From a virus, in the IMG/VR virus record IMGVR_UViG_3300009130_000002: a DNA stretch of 64,000 bases. One strand, written 5' to 3'. This document shows positions 8,841-17,330 of the stretch, piece after piece. A program made the position numbers and the translations under genes. Within the stretch, counting starts at the first letter, position 1. Each line of letters opens with the position of its first letter. The notes below the pieces were generated by a model. That model saw only the letters and a program-made list of their open reading frames with translations, ran no database searches and was not told the DNA's origin.

Positions 8841-11063
8841 ATGGGTGATCAAAACTATCTTAAAATCAGGGACTTAGTGAAGTTTTCTTTGATTGATCAA
8901 AGCTTGATTAATGTTCGTGATGATTTTAATAATACCCCAAATTCACAAAATGCCAAGACTTTAAACCGCGATAATTTAGGAAGTCTAATGACTTTAGGCC
9001 AAGGTAATCCGCTAAGACAAGGATTACAGGTCAGAATTGCCGCTACTCATGCAGGGATCATTACAAGAAATAATGGTTTTTATTTACCTGATAGCATGAG
9101 AAAAGGTGCGAGTTCTTTTACAGAAGAATATCCAAAGCCAGTCTTGTTGCATCATGAGGATCAAAAAGATCCTGTTGGTAGAATTATGTCTGCCAATTAT
9201 AGAGACACTTCCCACGGGGTAGGAGAGCATTATAATGGAATGCTTGTTAAAAATAAATATGGGGAAGAAGTAGGAACGATTACAAATACGCTTATTAGCG
9301 ATTTTGTAAATAATAAAATGCCGTTTGGCATGCAAGTCGATGTTGTCTCAAGTATGTTTACTGATAGCCTACTTTCTGATAGTTCATATCAGGGACTGGG
9401 CTATATTGAACTTGTGGCAAACATCACAGATAAAAACGCAGTTGAAAAACTATTAGACGGTCGTTACATTACTGGATCTATAGGAGCTAGTACTGATAAG
9501 GCCGTTTGTTCTATCTGTAAATCGGATTGGACCAAAGAAGGTCCTTGCGATCACAAGCCAGGTGCGGTATATGATTCAGCAAAGTGTTTCATTATTGCTG
9601 GAGATCTGGTGTACGACGAATATTCATTTGTAAATGTCCCCGCAGATAAACACTCTAGAGTTCTAGAGTTAAATTATAATGGTTTGCAAGATCAAATTGA
9701 AATTGCAAATGATTATGAGGGGCGTCTTTACGAGGTAAAACTAGGTTTTCCTCAATATGATTCCAAAGACAAGGAGAAACAAGCAGTGTCAGAGCAATTA
9801 CCTGTAGACATCAAAGATTCCGCCACTGTTGATCCCCAAGTTCAAGCTTCTACCGTGGAAGATACCACAGTAGTAAGTGATCCTACAGTAGAGGAGGCTT
9901 CTACAGAGGAAGTGCAAGTGACTGATAATCTTGTAGAAGATTTGGAAACTGCAGTTTCTTCTGAAGAAGTCAATGAAATTACTGATGGGTCGTTTGAGGA
10001 TTTAACAGCGAAGATTCTTGATGGAGTCAAACTCACTGATGATCAAGAACAAAAGCTCTATGACTATGTTTGGAACGAAGTAGAACAAGCAATTGAGAAA
10101 GGGGAACTTCCAGAAGAAGTTAAGGATGCTAAACTCTCTGTAGAACAGAGAAATAAGTTAGCAAAATCAACCTTCTGTGGTCCTTCTCGATCTTTTCCTG
10201 TAACTGATGGTGCTCACGCATTGGCAGTTACCCGCTTACTTAATAAGTATGAGGGTGAAGGAAAAGACAAAATGCTTGCTGCTGCTAACCGAAAGGCCAA
10301 GGCCCTAGGTACAGTTCTAGCCGTAGAAAATAGTGCTCCTGTTCAGGATCACAAAATTAGTAAAGCTGAACTACTTAATCAGCTAAATCAAGTTTTCGAA
10401 CAAGAGAACTTTCACGTAGACGATAGCGTCGAAGTCCTAAATGAGGATAAGAGCACGTTGAAACAATTGGTAGCGAAACTATCAACTGTTGTTGGTGCAG
10501 AACTCATGCAAGATGCCCTTGCTGAAAGCGGAGCAATTTCCGATTCAGAAGAGCAACTCATGCAAGAGATTGAAAAACTGGAAACAGTAGCAGGGGATCT
10601 AAGAGATCAACTAGCTGCTATCCGTAAAGAGTACAACTCTCTATTCCAAGATATGGAAGCTCTTCAAGATGCTCGTATCGAAGATATCTCTAGTCTCCGA
10701 AAGGTGAAAGAGAACTATCTATCGACACTAGTCAATCTAGAGGAGAAAGAAGTTAAGGAAAGAGATTATACAGAATTTACAGATTCCAGTTTGGATTCTG
10801 AATTAAATAGATTTGTTGGATCAGTAAGCTTAGAAAAGATTACTGATAAATTAACTGACGGTCTATCGCGTATCCCTACAGAAACTGTAGAGGATCCAAT
10901 TGGTGTCCAGGAACCTGGACAATTTAACGTATCTGTGGAAGATCTTGCTAAAATCGAAGAGCACTATATGTACTTAAGACTAGGTAAGAGTGAGGCAGCG
11001 GCTGAAGCCTATCTCTCTCGAATGAGAAGAGAAGGGAAGCTTCCAGAGAAAGAACATAATTAA
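8841..11063 (+). CDS. Prohead maturation protease fused to an acidic/coiled-coil scaffold
   Basis: ATG 8841 follows GGAG at 8827. HK97/herpes-type protease pattern (HAGIITRN, PVLLHH..DPVGRI, GRYITGSIG, YDEYSFVNVPAD) with a CSIC..CDH insertion. Then an acidic region, a DUF6582-like motif (STFCGPSRSFPVTDGAHA) and a coiled coil. Confidence 0.85.
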   Translation: MGDQNYLKIRDLVKFSLIDQSLINVRDDFNNTPNSQNAKTLNRDNLGSLMTLGQGNPLRQGLQVRIAATHAGIITRNNGFYLPDSMRKGASSFTEEYPKPVLLHHEDQKDPVGRIMSANYRDTSHGVGEHYNGMLVKNKYGEEVGTITNTLISDFVNNKMPFGMQVDVVSSMFTDSLLSDSSYQGLGYIELVANITDKNAVEKLLDGRYITGSIGASTDKAVCSICKSDWTKEGPCDHKPGAVYDSAKCFIIAGDLVYDEYSFVNVPADKHSRVLELNYNGLQDQIEIANDYEGRLYEVKLGFPQYDSKDKEKQAVSEQLPVDIKDSATVDPQVQASTVEDTTVVSDPTVEEASTEEVQVTDNLVEDLETAVSSEEVNEITDGSFEDLTAKILDGVKLTDDQEQKLYDYVWNEVEQAIEKGELPEEVKDAKLSVEQRNKLAKSTFCGPSRSFPVTDGAHALAVTRLLNKYEGEGKDKMLAAANRKAKALGTVLAVENSAPVQDHKISKAELLNQLNQVFEQENFHVDDSVEVLNEDKSTLKQLVAKLSTVVGAELMQDALAESGAISDSEEQLMQEIEKLETVAGDLRDQLAAIRKEYNSLFQDMEALQDARIEDISSLRKVKENYLSTLVNLEEKEVKERDYTEFTDSSLDSELNRFVGSVSLEKITDKLTDGLSRIPTETVEDPIGVQEPGQFNVSVEDLAKIEEHYMYLRLGKSEAAAEAYLSRMRREGKLPEKEHN

Positions 11064-11080
11064 AAACGGAGGAGAAACTT

Positions 11081-12340
11081 ATGGGTTTTGATAGTTTAGG
11101 GCGTTATTCGCCTACACACAAATCTTGGGATCATGTAGGAAATATGATTCCAGTCGTAGAGCACTCCGAAGGTGTTCGTCCACATGGGGAATTCAAGCCA
11201 GCGGCTTGGCTCCCTGTTCAATTCTTTGATAAGTATTATGAAGAATACTTCGTGGTCATGCCTGGTAAAGTGCTAGCATTCGACAATCAGGGCAGAGTAT
11301 GCCCTGCACAATATGGTCTCGCAGGAGACCCTGCAATTGATTATACAACAAATGATGTATCAGCAGGAACAATTGATGTTCGTACTGGCTCGCCAGTAAC
11401 TGCTGCAGCAAGCTTCAATGTTTCAGATGTAACAGACTTTATGGGCACTGGAGAGGCAATGGGAGTTAGCGCACCGGTTGGTGTTGCTCCATATGCTTAC
11501 TGGCAGTGGGCTGGTGACGGCTCGGCTTTAGATGATGGATTTAATCCTTCAGGCTATCGTCAGCACAACCACAACCTTCAGCACAGAGTTGCAATTCTTT
11601 GTGACTATGTATTGGAGTTGCCTTTAGTTCCAGCAAATGATGGTTCTAAAACCTACTCTGCAGCTAATGAAACAAATGCAAGTAATGTAAGTACATTTGC
11701 AACTACTGGCTCTTTGCCTTTGGCCACGAACACTGTTCGTACCCCAATGGAATTTGCTGGAGCTGCTAGTGCAACTGCTCACTTTGTAAATCAAGTGGCA
11801 AGTGCTGCAGATATTGCAGCTGCTGGTGACTGGGCTATTAACCTAACCACTGGTGTGCTTTCAGTCTTTGCAACTGGAGCCATTAATACAGCAGAAGACC
11901 TTACAATTACATTTTCTCACTACAATGCAGCTTCAACTGTAACAGGAGCAAGTGTATTTGCTGCTGCTTCAGGCAACCTTAAAGCTGGTGACTTTGTTAA
12001 GTGCGATTCGGAGTCTAACTTCGTATTGGCTGACCCAAATCCATCTGTTGATGCAGCTTATTCTGGTGCTGACGCAGCACTTACCAGACCAATGATTGGT
12101 GATACTTTCGCTGATATCGTTGGTCAGGTTATTGAAGTAGAAAATGCAGATAAAGACGCTCTTGGCATGGTCAAGACCGCATACAATCCACCTTTAGGCA
12201 CTGATGCAAGTGGTAGCTCTCCAGGCTACGCTGGTCAAATGGATCAAATGCCAGGTTCCGCAACCGGTGGCGTATCAGATAAAGTCCATTACGCAGGTGC
12301 TGCTGACTTAGTTGTCCGCATCAACCTGGTATCGCGATAA
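11081..12340 (+). CDS. Capsid decoration / minor head protein
   Basis: Between scaffold and MCP; strong RBS GGAGGAG; beta-rich Ala/Gly/Thr composition typical of decoration proteins in this position. Confidence 0.65.
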   Translation: MGFDSLGRYSPTHKSWDHVGNMIPVVEHSEGVRPHGEFKPAAWLPVQFFDKYYEEYFVVMPGKVLAFDNQGRVCPAQYGLAGDPAIDYTTNDVSAGTIDVRTGSPVTAAASFNVSDVTDFMGTGEAMGVSAPVGVAPYAYWQWAGDGSALDDGFNPSGYRQHNHNLQHRVAILCDYVLELPLVPANDGSKTYSAANETNASNVSTFATTGSLPLATNTVRTPMEFAGAASATAHFVNQVASAADIAAAGDWAINLTTGVLSVFATGAINTAEDLTITFSHYNAASTVTGASVFAAASGNLKAGDFVKCDSESNFVLADPNPSVDAAYSGADAALTRPMIGDTFADIVGQVIEVENADKDALGMVKTAYNPPLGTDASGSSPGYAGQMDQMPGSATGGVSDKVHYAGAADLVVRINLVSR

Positions 12341-12354
12341 GGAGGAATTGAAAG

Positions 12355-13602
12355 ATGACAATTGAAATCAAAGACGCAAACCAATTTGAATATCTCTGGA
12401 AGAATAACGGAAATCTTCAGGATGGACAGCGTGTAAAATTAAATGATGCTCTCTCTGTTCCCAATGCGCCAATGTTAATGCCTAAGGTTATTAGCAATAT
12501 CGTAAAGGAAGCTGCAGAGCCTCTCTTGGTGGGTACAAGCCTACTACAAAGAATTAACTATTCTTATGGACAAACTATTACTTTCCCAGCTGTTGGTGCC
12601 ATGGTTGCTGCCGACATTGCGGAAGGTCAAGAATATCCAGAGCGTAGCCTCCAGATGGGTGGAGCTACCGTTACAGCTAGCATCGGTAAGTCCGGTGTTG
12701 CCGTTAAGGTAACTGATGAAATGATTCGTTATTCTCAGTTTGATGTAATTGGTATGCATCTCCGCGCAGCTGGTCGTGCTTTAGCTCGACACAAAGAAGT
12801 TAAGATTTTTAACTTCATTCGTAGCATGGGTGTAGCTTGTTTTGACAATGTTAACCCAACTCAATCTCTTAAGGGTGTTACCACTGGCCGTGATATGGCT
12901 GGTGCAGGTAATGGCTCAGTAACCATGGATGATATCTTTGATGCTTATGCTCAGGTTATCACTCAGGGCTTTACTCCAAACACTCTTTTGATGCACCCAT
13001 TAACTTGGACGATGTTCGTTAAGGATGCTACCTTGCGTTCGTTTGTCTTAGGTAACAATGGCGGGAACTGGTTTGCTGGCTGGAACGGCAATCCTGCAGA
13101 AAGAGCACCATGGGACAATAGTTCTCAGGGTGGCCTCGGTATGTCTGCGGGTCAAGATATCACTCCCGGTGGCAATGCTGCAGGTGCTGCTGCTAGTCCC
13201 CTAAGCGATTATCCCCAAACGCTTAGCACTTCACCTCAGATGCCAGGGTATATGAATATTCCTTTTAGGATTATCGTTAGCCCATTTGTACCTTATGATC
13301 CTAGACGTAAGCTTACAGACATTTATATGTTTGATTCGTCTGAACTTGGTGTTCTCATCGTTGATGAAGAAGTAACCACTGAGGAATTCGATGATCCTCG
13401 CGTAGATATTCGCAAGATTAAGCTTCGTGAACGATATGGTATCGGTATTCTTAATGAAGGCAAGGCTATTGCTACACTGAAAAATGTGCATGTTGTACCT
13501 AATGAAATGGTACTTCCTGCTCAAGCGACAATTAATATTGGCGCACATGATGCTGCTGCAATCAGAGATTTCTCTGATGATCCAACATCTTCAGTACTTT
13601 AA
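12355..13602 (+). CDS. Major capsid protein (HK97 fold)
   Basis: Strong RBS AAGGAGG and followed by a terminator. HK97-like pattern (AADIAEGQEYPE, KSGVAVKVTDEMIRYSQFDVI, ALARHKEVKIF, PNTLLMHP, IIVSPFVP, KIKLRERYGIGIL). Confidence 0.88.
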   Translation: MTIEIKDANQFEYLWKNNGNLQDGQRVKLNDALSVPNAPMLMPKVISNIVKEAAEPLLVGTSLLQRINYSYGQTITFPAVGAMVAADIAEGQEYPERSLQMGGATVTASIGKSGVAVKVTDEMIRYSQFDVIGMHLRAAGRALARHKEVKIFNFIRSMGVACFDNVNPTQSLKGVTTGRDMAGAGNGSVTMDDIFDAYAQVITQGFTPNTLLMHPLTWTMFVKDATLRSFVLGNNGGNWFAGWNGNPAERAPWDNSSQGGLGMSAGQDITPGGNAAGAAASPLSDYPQTLSTSPQMPGYMNIPFRIIVSPFVPYDPRRKLTDIYMFDSSELGVLIVDEEVTTEEFDDPRVDIRKIKLRERYGIGILNEGKAIATLKNVHVVPNEMVLPAQATINIGAHDAAAIRDFSDDPTSSVL

Positions 13603-13641
13603 TCTGATTGATTTAGACTAAAGGGCAATATAGCTCTGTCT

Positions 13642-13670
13642 AGAGGGGGCGCAATGCCCCCTCTTTTTTT
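13642..13670 (+). terminator. Rho-independent terminator after the MCP gene
   Basis: AGAGGGGGC-gcaat-GCCCCCTCT 9-bp stem followed by a T run. Confidence 0.9.
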
Positions 13671-13688
13671 ATAAAGAAAGGAATTATT

Positions 13689-14246
13689 ATGGAAGTTAGT
13701 TTGGCAAACTTGGAAAAGCATTCAATGCTGTTTATTGGTTCAGTTTCTCTGACCTCAGAAAACCCTGGACCAGTTACTCTTGATGTAGATGCTCTTACAA
13801 AAGAAGAGGCATTTCAGGTTTTATTTAATATCAAAAAGGGGGTCCTGTCTGCGACAGGAGATCTCAATCCTCTTCAGAGTAAGTTAAATGTAGAACAAAA
13901 ACCTGTTGAAGCAAAACAAGTTGTAGAAAAGAAAAAGGATTCTAAATTAACTAAGCTGCTTAGCAAATCAATTGCGACAGTGAAAAGAGAAGCCTCGGAC
14001 TTGAGCCCAGCGGATCTAAGAAAGCTTTTAGATTTAGAACAAAACAATAAAAATAGAAAAGGCTTGATTGGTTTTTTAACTAATCTAAATTCTCGTCATA
14101 CCGACGAGGTGGCCGAAAACCTTGAAAAAATTAAAGAAAATTCAGATAAAGAAGGATTAACTGCTCAAACTTTCTTGGATGATTTACCAGATGTGTTAGA
14201 ATTGGAGCAAGAAGAAGTAGAATTCACTTTGCCTGATAAGGAATAG
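13689..14246 (+). CDS. Hypothetical protein (head/neck region)
   Basis: 185 aa, RBS AAAGGA. Contains LRKLLDLEQNNKNRKGLIGFL, a short helical motif type often seen in small phage head-associated proteins. Confidence 0.65.
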   Translation: MEVSLANLEKHSMLFIGSVSLTSENPGPVTLDVDALTKEEAFQVLFNIKKGVLSATGDLNPLQSKLNVEQKPVEAKQVVEKKKDSKLTKLLSKSIATVKREASDLSPADLRKLLDLEQNNKNRKGLIGFLTNLNSRHTDEVAENLEKIKENSDKEGLTAQTFLDDLPDVLELEQEEVEFTLPDKE

Positions 14247-14250
14247 AACA

Positions 14251-15048
14251 ATGCCAGCAACCACTCTGCCAGAAATTATTGTATCTTATTCTCCCGCAAA
14301 TGGAGATGTAGGAATTCCATTAGGAGATTCCGTTACAATTCTATTTGATAGAGCAATGAATACAGAAAGACTTAAAGAGGACTTCTTTATAGAGGGTCCT
14401 GATACCGATCAATGGATCGGTCCTGGTCTTATGGAGCTAAAAGATCCAGCCAATGTTTCTCAAGGAGACTTGGATGACTTTTTGAAATCTCCAGGTTACA
14501 GAGGCATTGTACAGGGATCATTTGAATTTAAAGCGATAAGTTTAACAGATGTGACAGTTGAGGTGGATCCAGCTACTGATCCTTATAGAACAAAGCTGAT
14601 CTTTACTCCGACTCGTCCATTCGCCCCACTGATTACTTATACTGTGAATTTGGTTGAAACCTTAGATGCTACAGGAACTTCGTGGCCAGGATATGTAGGC
14701 TTTAGTTTCGAGAGTGGTTCTGGCTCTATTACTCAGTTGCCAGCTTCAATTTCTTCTTCTATTCTTGCTTCTGGAGCAACACCAAGCACGGTGGCTGCAA
14801 CTTCAGATGGGACAGGACTAAAAATGCTGTCTTCCAGCCCTATAGATTTTAGCATTAATAATGCTTCTGACTTAACAGAGATCACAATTAATTTTGATAA
14901 AGACCTAGATGCAACAACTATCACACAAGACAATGTGATTGTTGAGACATTCCTAGCTTCTGATCATCCAGGATTAGCTGGAACAGCGAAAGGAAAACTT
15001 GCAAAGCAATTAGTAGTTAACGGAAAAACTTTAACTATTAGAATTTAA
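14251..15048 (+). CDS. Ig-like (Big_5/SbsA-type) virion protein
   Basis: VSYSPANGDVGIPLGDSVTILFDRAMN...KLIFTPTRPFAPLITYTV...FSFES is a full Big_5-like domain. A second copy starts at SSSPIDFSINN and ends after NGKTLTIRI. Confidence 0.75.
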   Translation: MPATTLPEIIVSYSPANGDVGIPLGDSVTILFDRAMNTERLKEDFFIEGPDTDQWIGPGLMELKDPANVSQGDLDDFLKSPGYRGIVQGSFEFKAISLTDVTVEVDPATDPYRTKLIFTPTRPFAPLITYTVNLVETLDATGTSWPGYVGFSFESGSGSITQLPASISSSILASGATPSTVAATSDGTGLKMLSSSPIDFSINNASDLTEITINFDKDLDATTITQDNVIVETFLASDHPGLAGTAKGKLAKQLVVNGKTLTIRI

Positions 15049-15104
15049 GCACCTGTAACACAGGCTTATTGAGAAAGGATTATTACCCTTATTGGAGGTT
15101 TACA

Positions 15105-16079
15105 GTGACCCAATCTGTTACTGCAGGCAATACGATCAAACTGCGAATACAGTTCAAAGATGATCTAGGAAAGCCGACAGAAGCACAAAGTGTTTCTCTT
15201 TTTATTTTTGAACCAGGGGTAGAGACCTCTGACAATGCCCTATCTATCGACTCTAATGGATTTACTCCAACATATCTCGGAGAGGGTGTTTATGAATATC
15301 AACACACGACCCCCTGCACCCCTGTAGGAGAGTGGTCTCAGAAATGGACAGGAGATTTAACCTGTCAACCGGGCCTTAGTGCCATCATGACCTTCACAGT
15401 TGAAGCAGGGACTTCAGAGGTGGTAGCTTTTGAGGGTCCTCAACTATTCGATAATAACCTTGTCTCTATAAAATTACTTCCAGGTATTGCCTCTACTGCA
15501 GGTGACGTATTTTCAGAAGAAATAGAGATAGAATTTTTAACTAAACTAAGCCCCTTCTATAGTAGCTTAACAAAGGTTAATCTTGAAATAGGAAGCCTAA
15601 TCACTGGGGTAAAAGAACTTACGAGCGCACTCTCTATCCTGGAAGCCAGTCTTGAAGCTGACAGTCTTAGCTTCACTACGACAGCTATTAATTCCGAATT
15701 ATTTCAACACGCAAGAAGAGAGTATGTAACTGCTGCTTCTTCCTTTAGATTGGTTAGCAATGTTGGAGGAAACCTTCTGAAAGCAAAAACCCTGGGAGAT
15801 CTATCTGTCACTTACGACACTGCTTCACATAAGGAAACCCTGGAGCATCTACAAGAGATGATGAGAAAGTGGGGGGACCAGCTTATGGCTGGTGGTGGTG
15901 CACAAGCGATTAGAGGACCAAGAAGCGTAGTTAAGGGATCTTTAGATTCTGACAGACCTGTTGCTGATAGGATGTGGGAAAAGACATCTACTACAAATAA
16001 AGTCCCAGTTGGGAATACCTCTGCAAAAACTATCTCAGGTAGAAGGAGCCTTCGAACCTATAAGAAGAGGTGGTGGTAA
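15105..16079 (+). CDS. Head-tail adaptor/connector-like protein with N-terminal Ig-like domain
   Basis: GGAGG at 15094-15098 favours GTG 15105. Connector-like C-terminal motif KAKTLGDLSVTYD; gene position after the capsid genes. Confidence 0.6.
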   Translation: MTQSVTAGNTIKLRIQFKDDLGKPTEAQSVSLFIFEPGVETSDNALSIDSNGFTPTYLGEGVYEYQHTTPCTPVGEWSQKWTGDLTCQPGLSAIMTFTVEAGTSEVVAFEGPQLFDNNLVSIKLLPGIASTAGDVFSEEIEIEFLTKLSPFYSSLTKVNLEIGSLITGVKELTSALSILEASLEADSLSFTTTAINSELFQHARREYVTAASSFRLVSNVGGNLLKAKTLGDLSVTYDTASHKETLEHLQEMMRKWGDQLMAGGGAQAIRGPRSVVKGSLDSDRPVADRMWEKTSTTNKVPVGNTSAKTISGRRSLRTYKKRWW

Positions 16080-16603
16080 TGAGTAAGCGCTACCTTTATC
16101 CTCTTAGCGGCTCTACAGAACCAGACATGAGGAGAGAAATGAATAACACCCTTGATGGGGGTTATCCAGAACTAGCTAAGGGGCAGTCTGCTTTGTTTCG
16201 AAAAATGAGAAGAACAGCAAGTGGAGCCTTACAGAAATGCCCATGTGTAGATTCTGTTACTGATGAACCAGACATAGATACATTTTGTCCAGTTTGTCAT
16301 GGCGAAGGCAACTTGTGGGACGAAACATATATCGAAATATATAAGGTTAATGAAAGAAATGAACTTATATACAAAGCCCCTATAACTGTTTTCTATTGTA
16401 AATCCTCAGTAGATATCACAACAGACGATAGAATTATTCAGTTAGTTCTAGATACAGAGGGTGAAGTCGCACAACCGTTAAAACGAAAGAAACGGTTTAA
16501 AATTAAAGAAGCTATCGACTTTAGATCTGATGGCGGAAAATTAGATTACTGGAAATTAGATTGCTATGAAAAAGCATATAAGTTCCTGAATGGTGTTCAA
16601 TAA
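16079..16603 (+). CDS. Head-closure/neck protein with Cys cluster
   Basis: Coupled via TAATG. CPC...CPVCHGEG, then a stopper-like beta region (TTDDRIIQL, FRSDGGKLDYWKL). Confidence 0.6.
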   Translation: MSKRYLYPLSGSTEPDMRREMNNTLDGGYPELAKGQSALFRKMRRTASGALQKCPCVDSVTDEPDIDTFCPVCHGEGNLWDETYIEIYKVNERNELIYKAPITVFYCKSSVDITTDDRIIQLVLDTEGEVAQPLKRKKRFKIKEAIDFRSDGGKLDYWKLDCYEKAYKFLNGVQ

Positions 16604-17313
16604 TGAGTGATTCAAGTATTTTAGAAGACTTTCTTCCTGAGGAGCTGGAAGAAGGAGAGATGGGGATAACCGTAAAGATAGTTTATGACATGACTATGGA
16701 GTCTAACTTTAAGCCATCTAAAGACACAACCCCTGGATATTCTAAAAATCTACAGGAGTTCTATGATTTAGTGAATAGAGCTTTGATTGATTATCAGTCT
16801 AGAGCAGGAATCAATATTAGAAATTATGTTAATTTCACAGAGGAAGACCCTCAACCAAAAGACGATACAGAAGTTATTTCATTTAGATTAATGAGAAGAG
16901 AGCCGGGGGCTTTTAGTCAAGGCGCTCCATTTGAAGGAGCTATAAAAAACATGAGACCAATAATTCGAGAAGAATCTCTTGATCCGGCTAATCCTGATTA
17001 TAGATTCGCAATCAATGGTTATTGGTATGACAATATAGTTCGATTCACTTGTTGGGCAAGAACGAATAAGCAGGCAAATGAAAGAGCCTGCTGGTTTGAA
17101 GATTTTATGGAAGATTACACTTGGTGGTTTAGACTGCAAGGTATCTCCAGAGTCTTATATTGGGGTAGAGGAGAAGACGAGACTGCTGTTGACGAAGGAA
17201 ACAAGTGGTATGGTCGTCCTCTAAACTATTTCGTAAGAACGGAAAAACTAAGAAAATTCGAGGAGAAAAAACTTGAACAGATTTTAATTAACTTAGAGAC
17301 AAAAACAACATAA
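16603..17313 (+). CDS. Tail terminator/completion protein
   Basis: Immediately upstream of the sheath gene; pattern VRFTCWARTNKQANERACWFEDFM...GRPLNYFVRTE. Confidence 0.6.
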   Translation: MSDSSILEDFLPEELEEGEMGITVKIVYDMTMESNFKPSKDTTPGYSKNLQEFYDLVNRALIDYQSRAGINIRNYVNFTEEDPQPKDDTEVISFRLMRREPGAFSQGAPFEGAIKNMRPIIREESLDPANPDYRFAINGYWYDNIVRFTCWARTNKQANERACWFEDFMEDYTWWFRLQGISRVLYWGRGEDETAVDEGNKWYGRPLNYFVRTEKLRKFEEKKLEQILINLETKTT

Positions 17314-17330
17314 TTAGGAGGAAATAAATT

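Noticed and set aside
1428-13602. Inteins, introns or homing endonucleases in TerL, portal or MCP
   Set aside because: No Hint-type C...HN splice motifs, LAGLIDADG or HNH patterns were seen, and conserved motifs are contiguous.
15039-15107. -1 frameshift joining the Ig protein to the adaptor gene
   Set aside because: The downstream frame is open only from 15042, there is no XXXYYYZ site at AGA ATT TAA, and the adaptor has its own GGAGG plus GTG.
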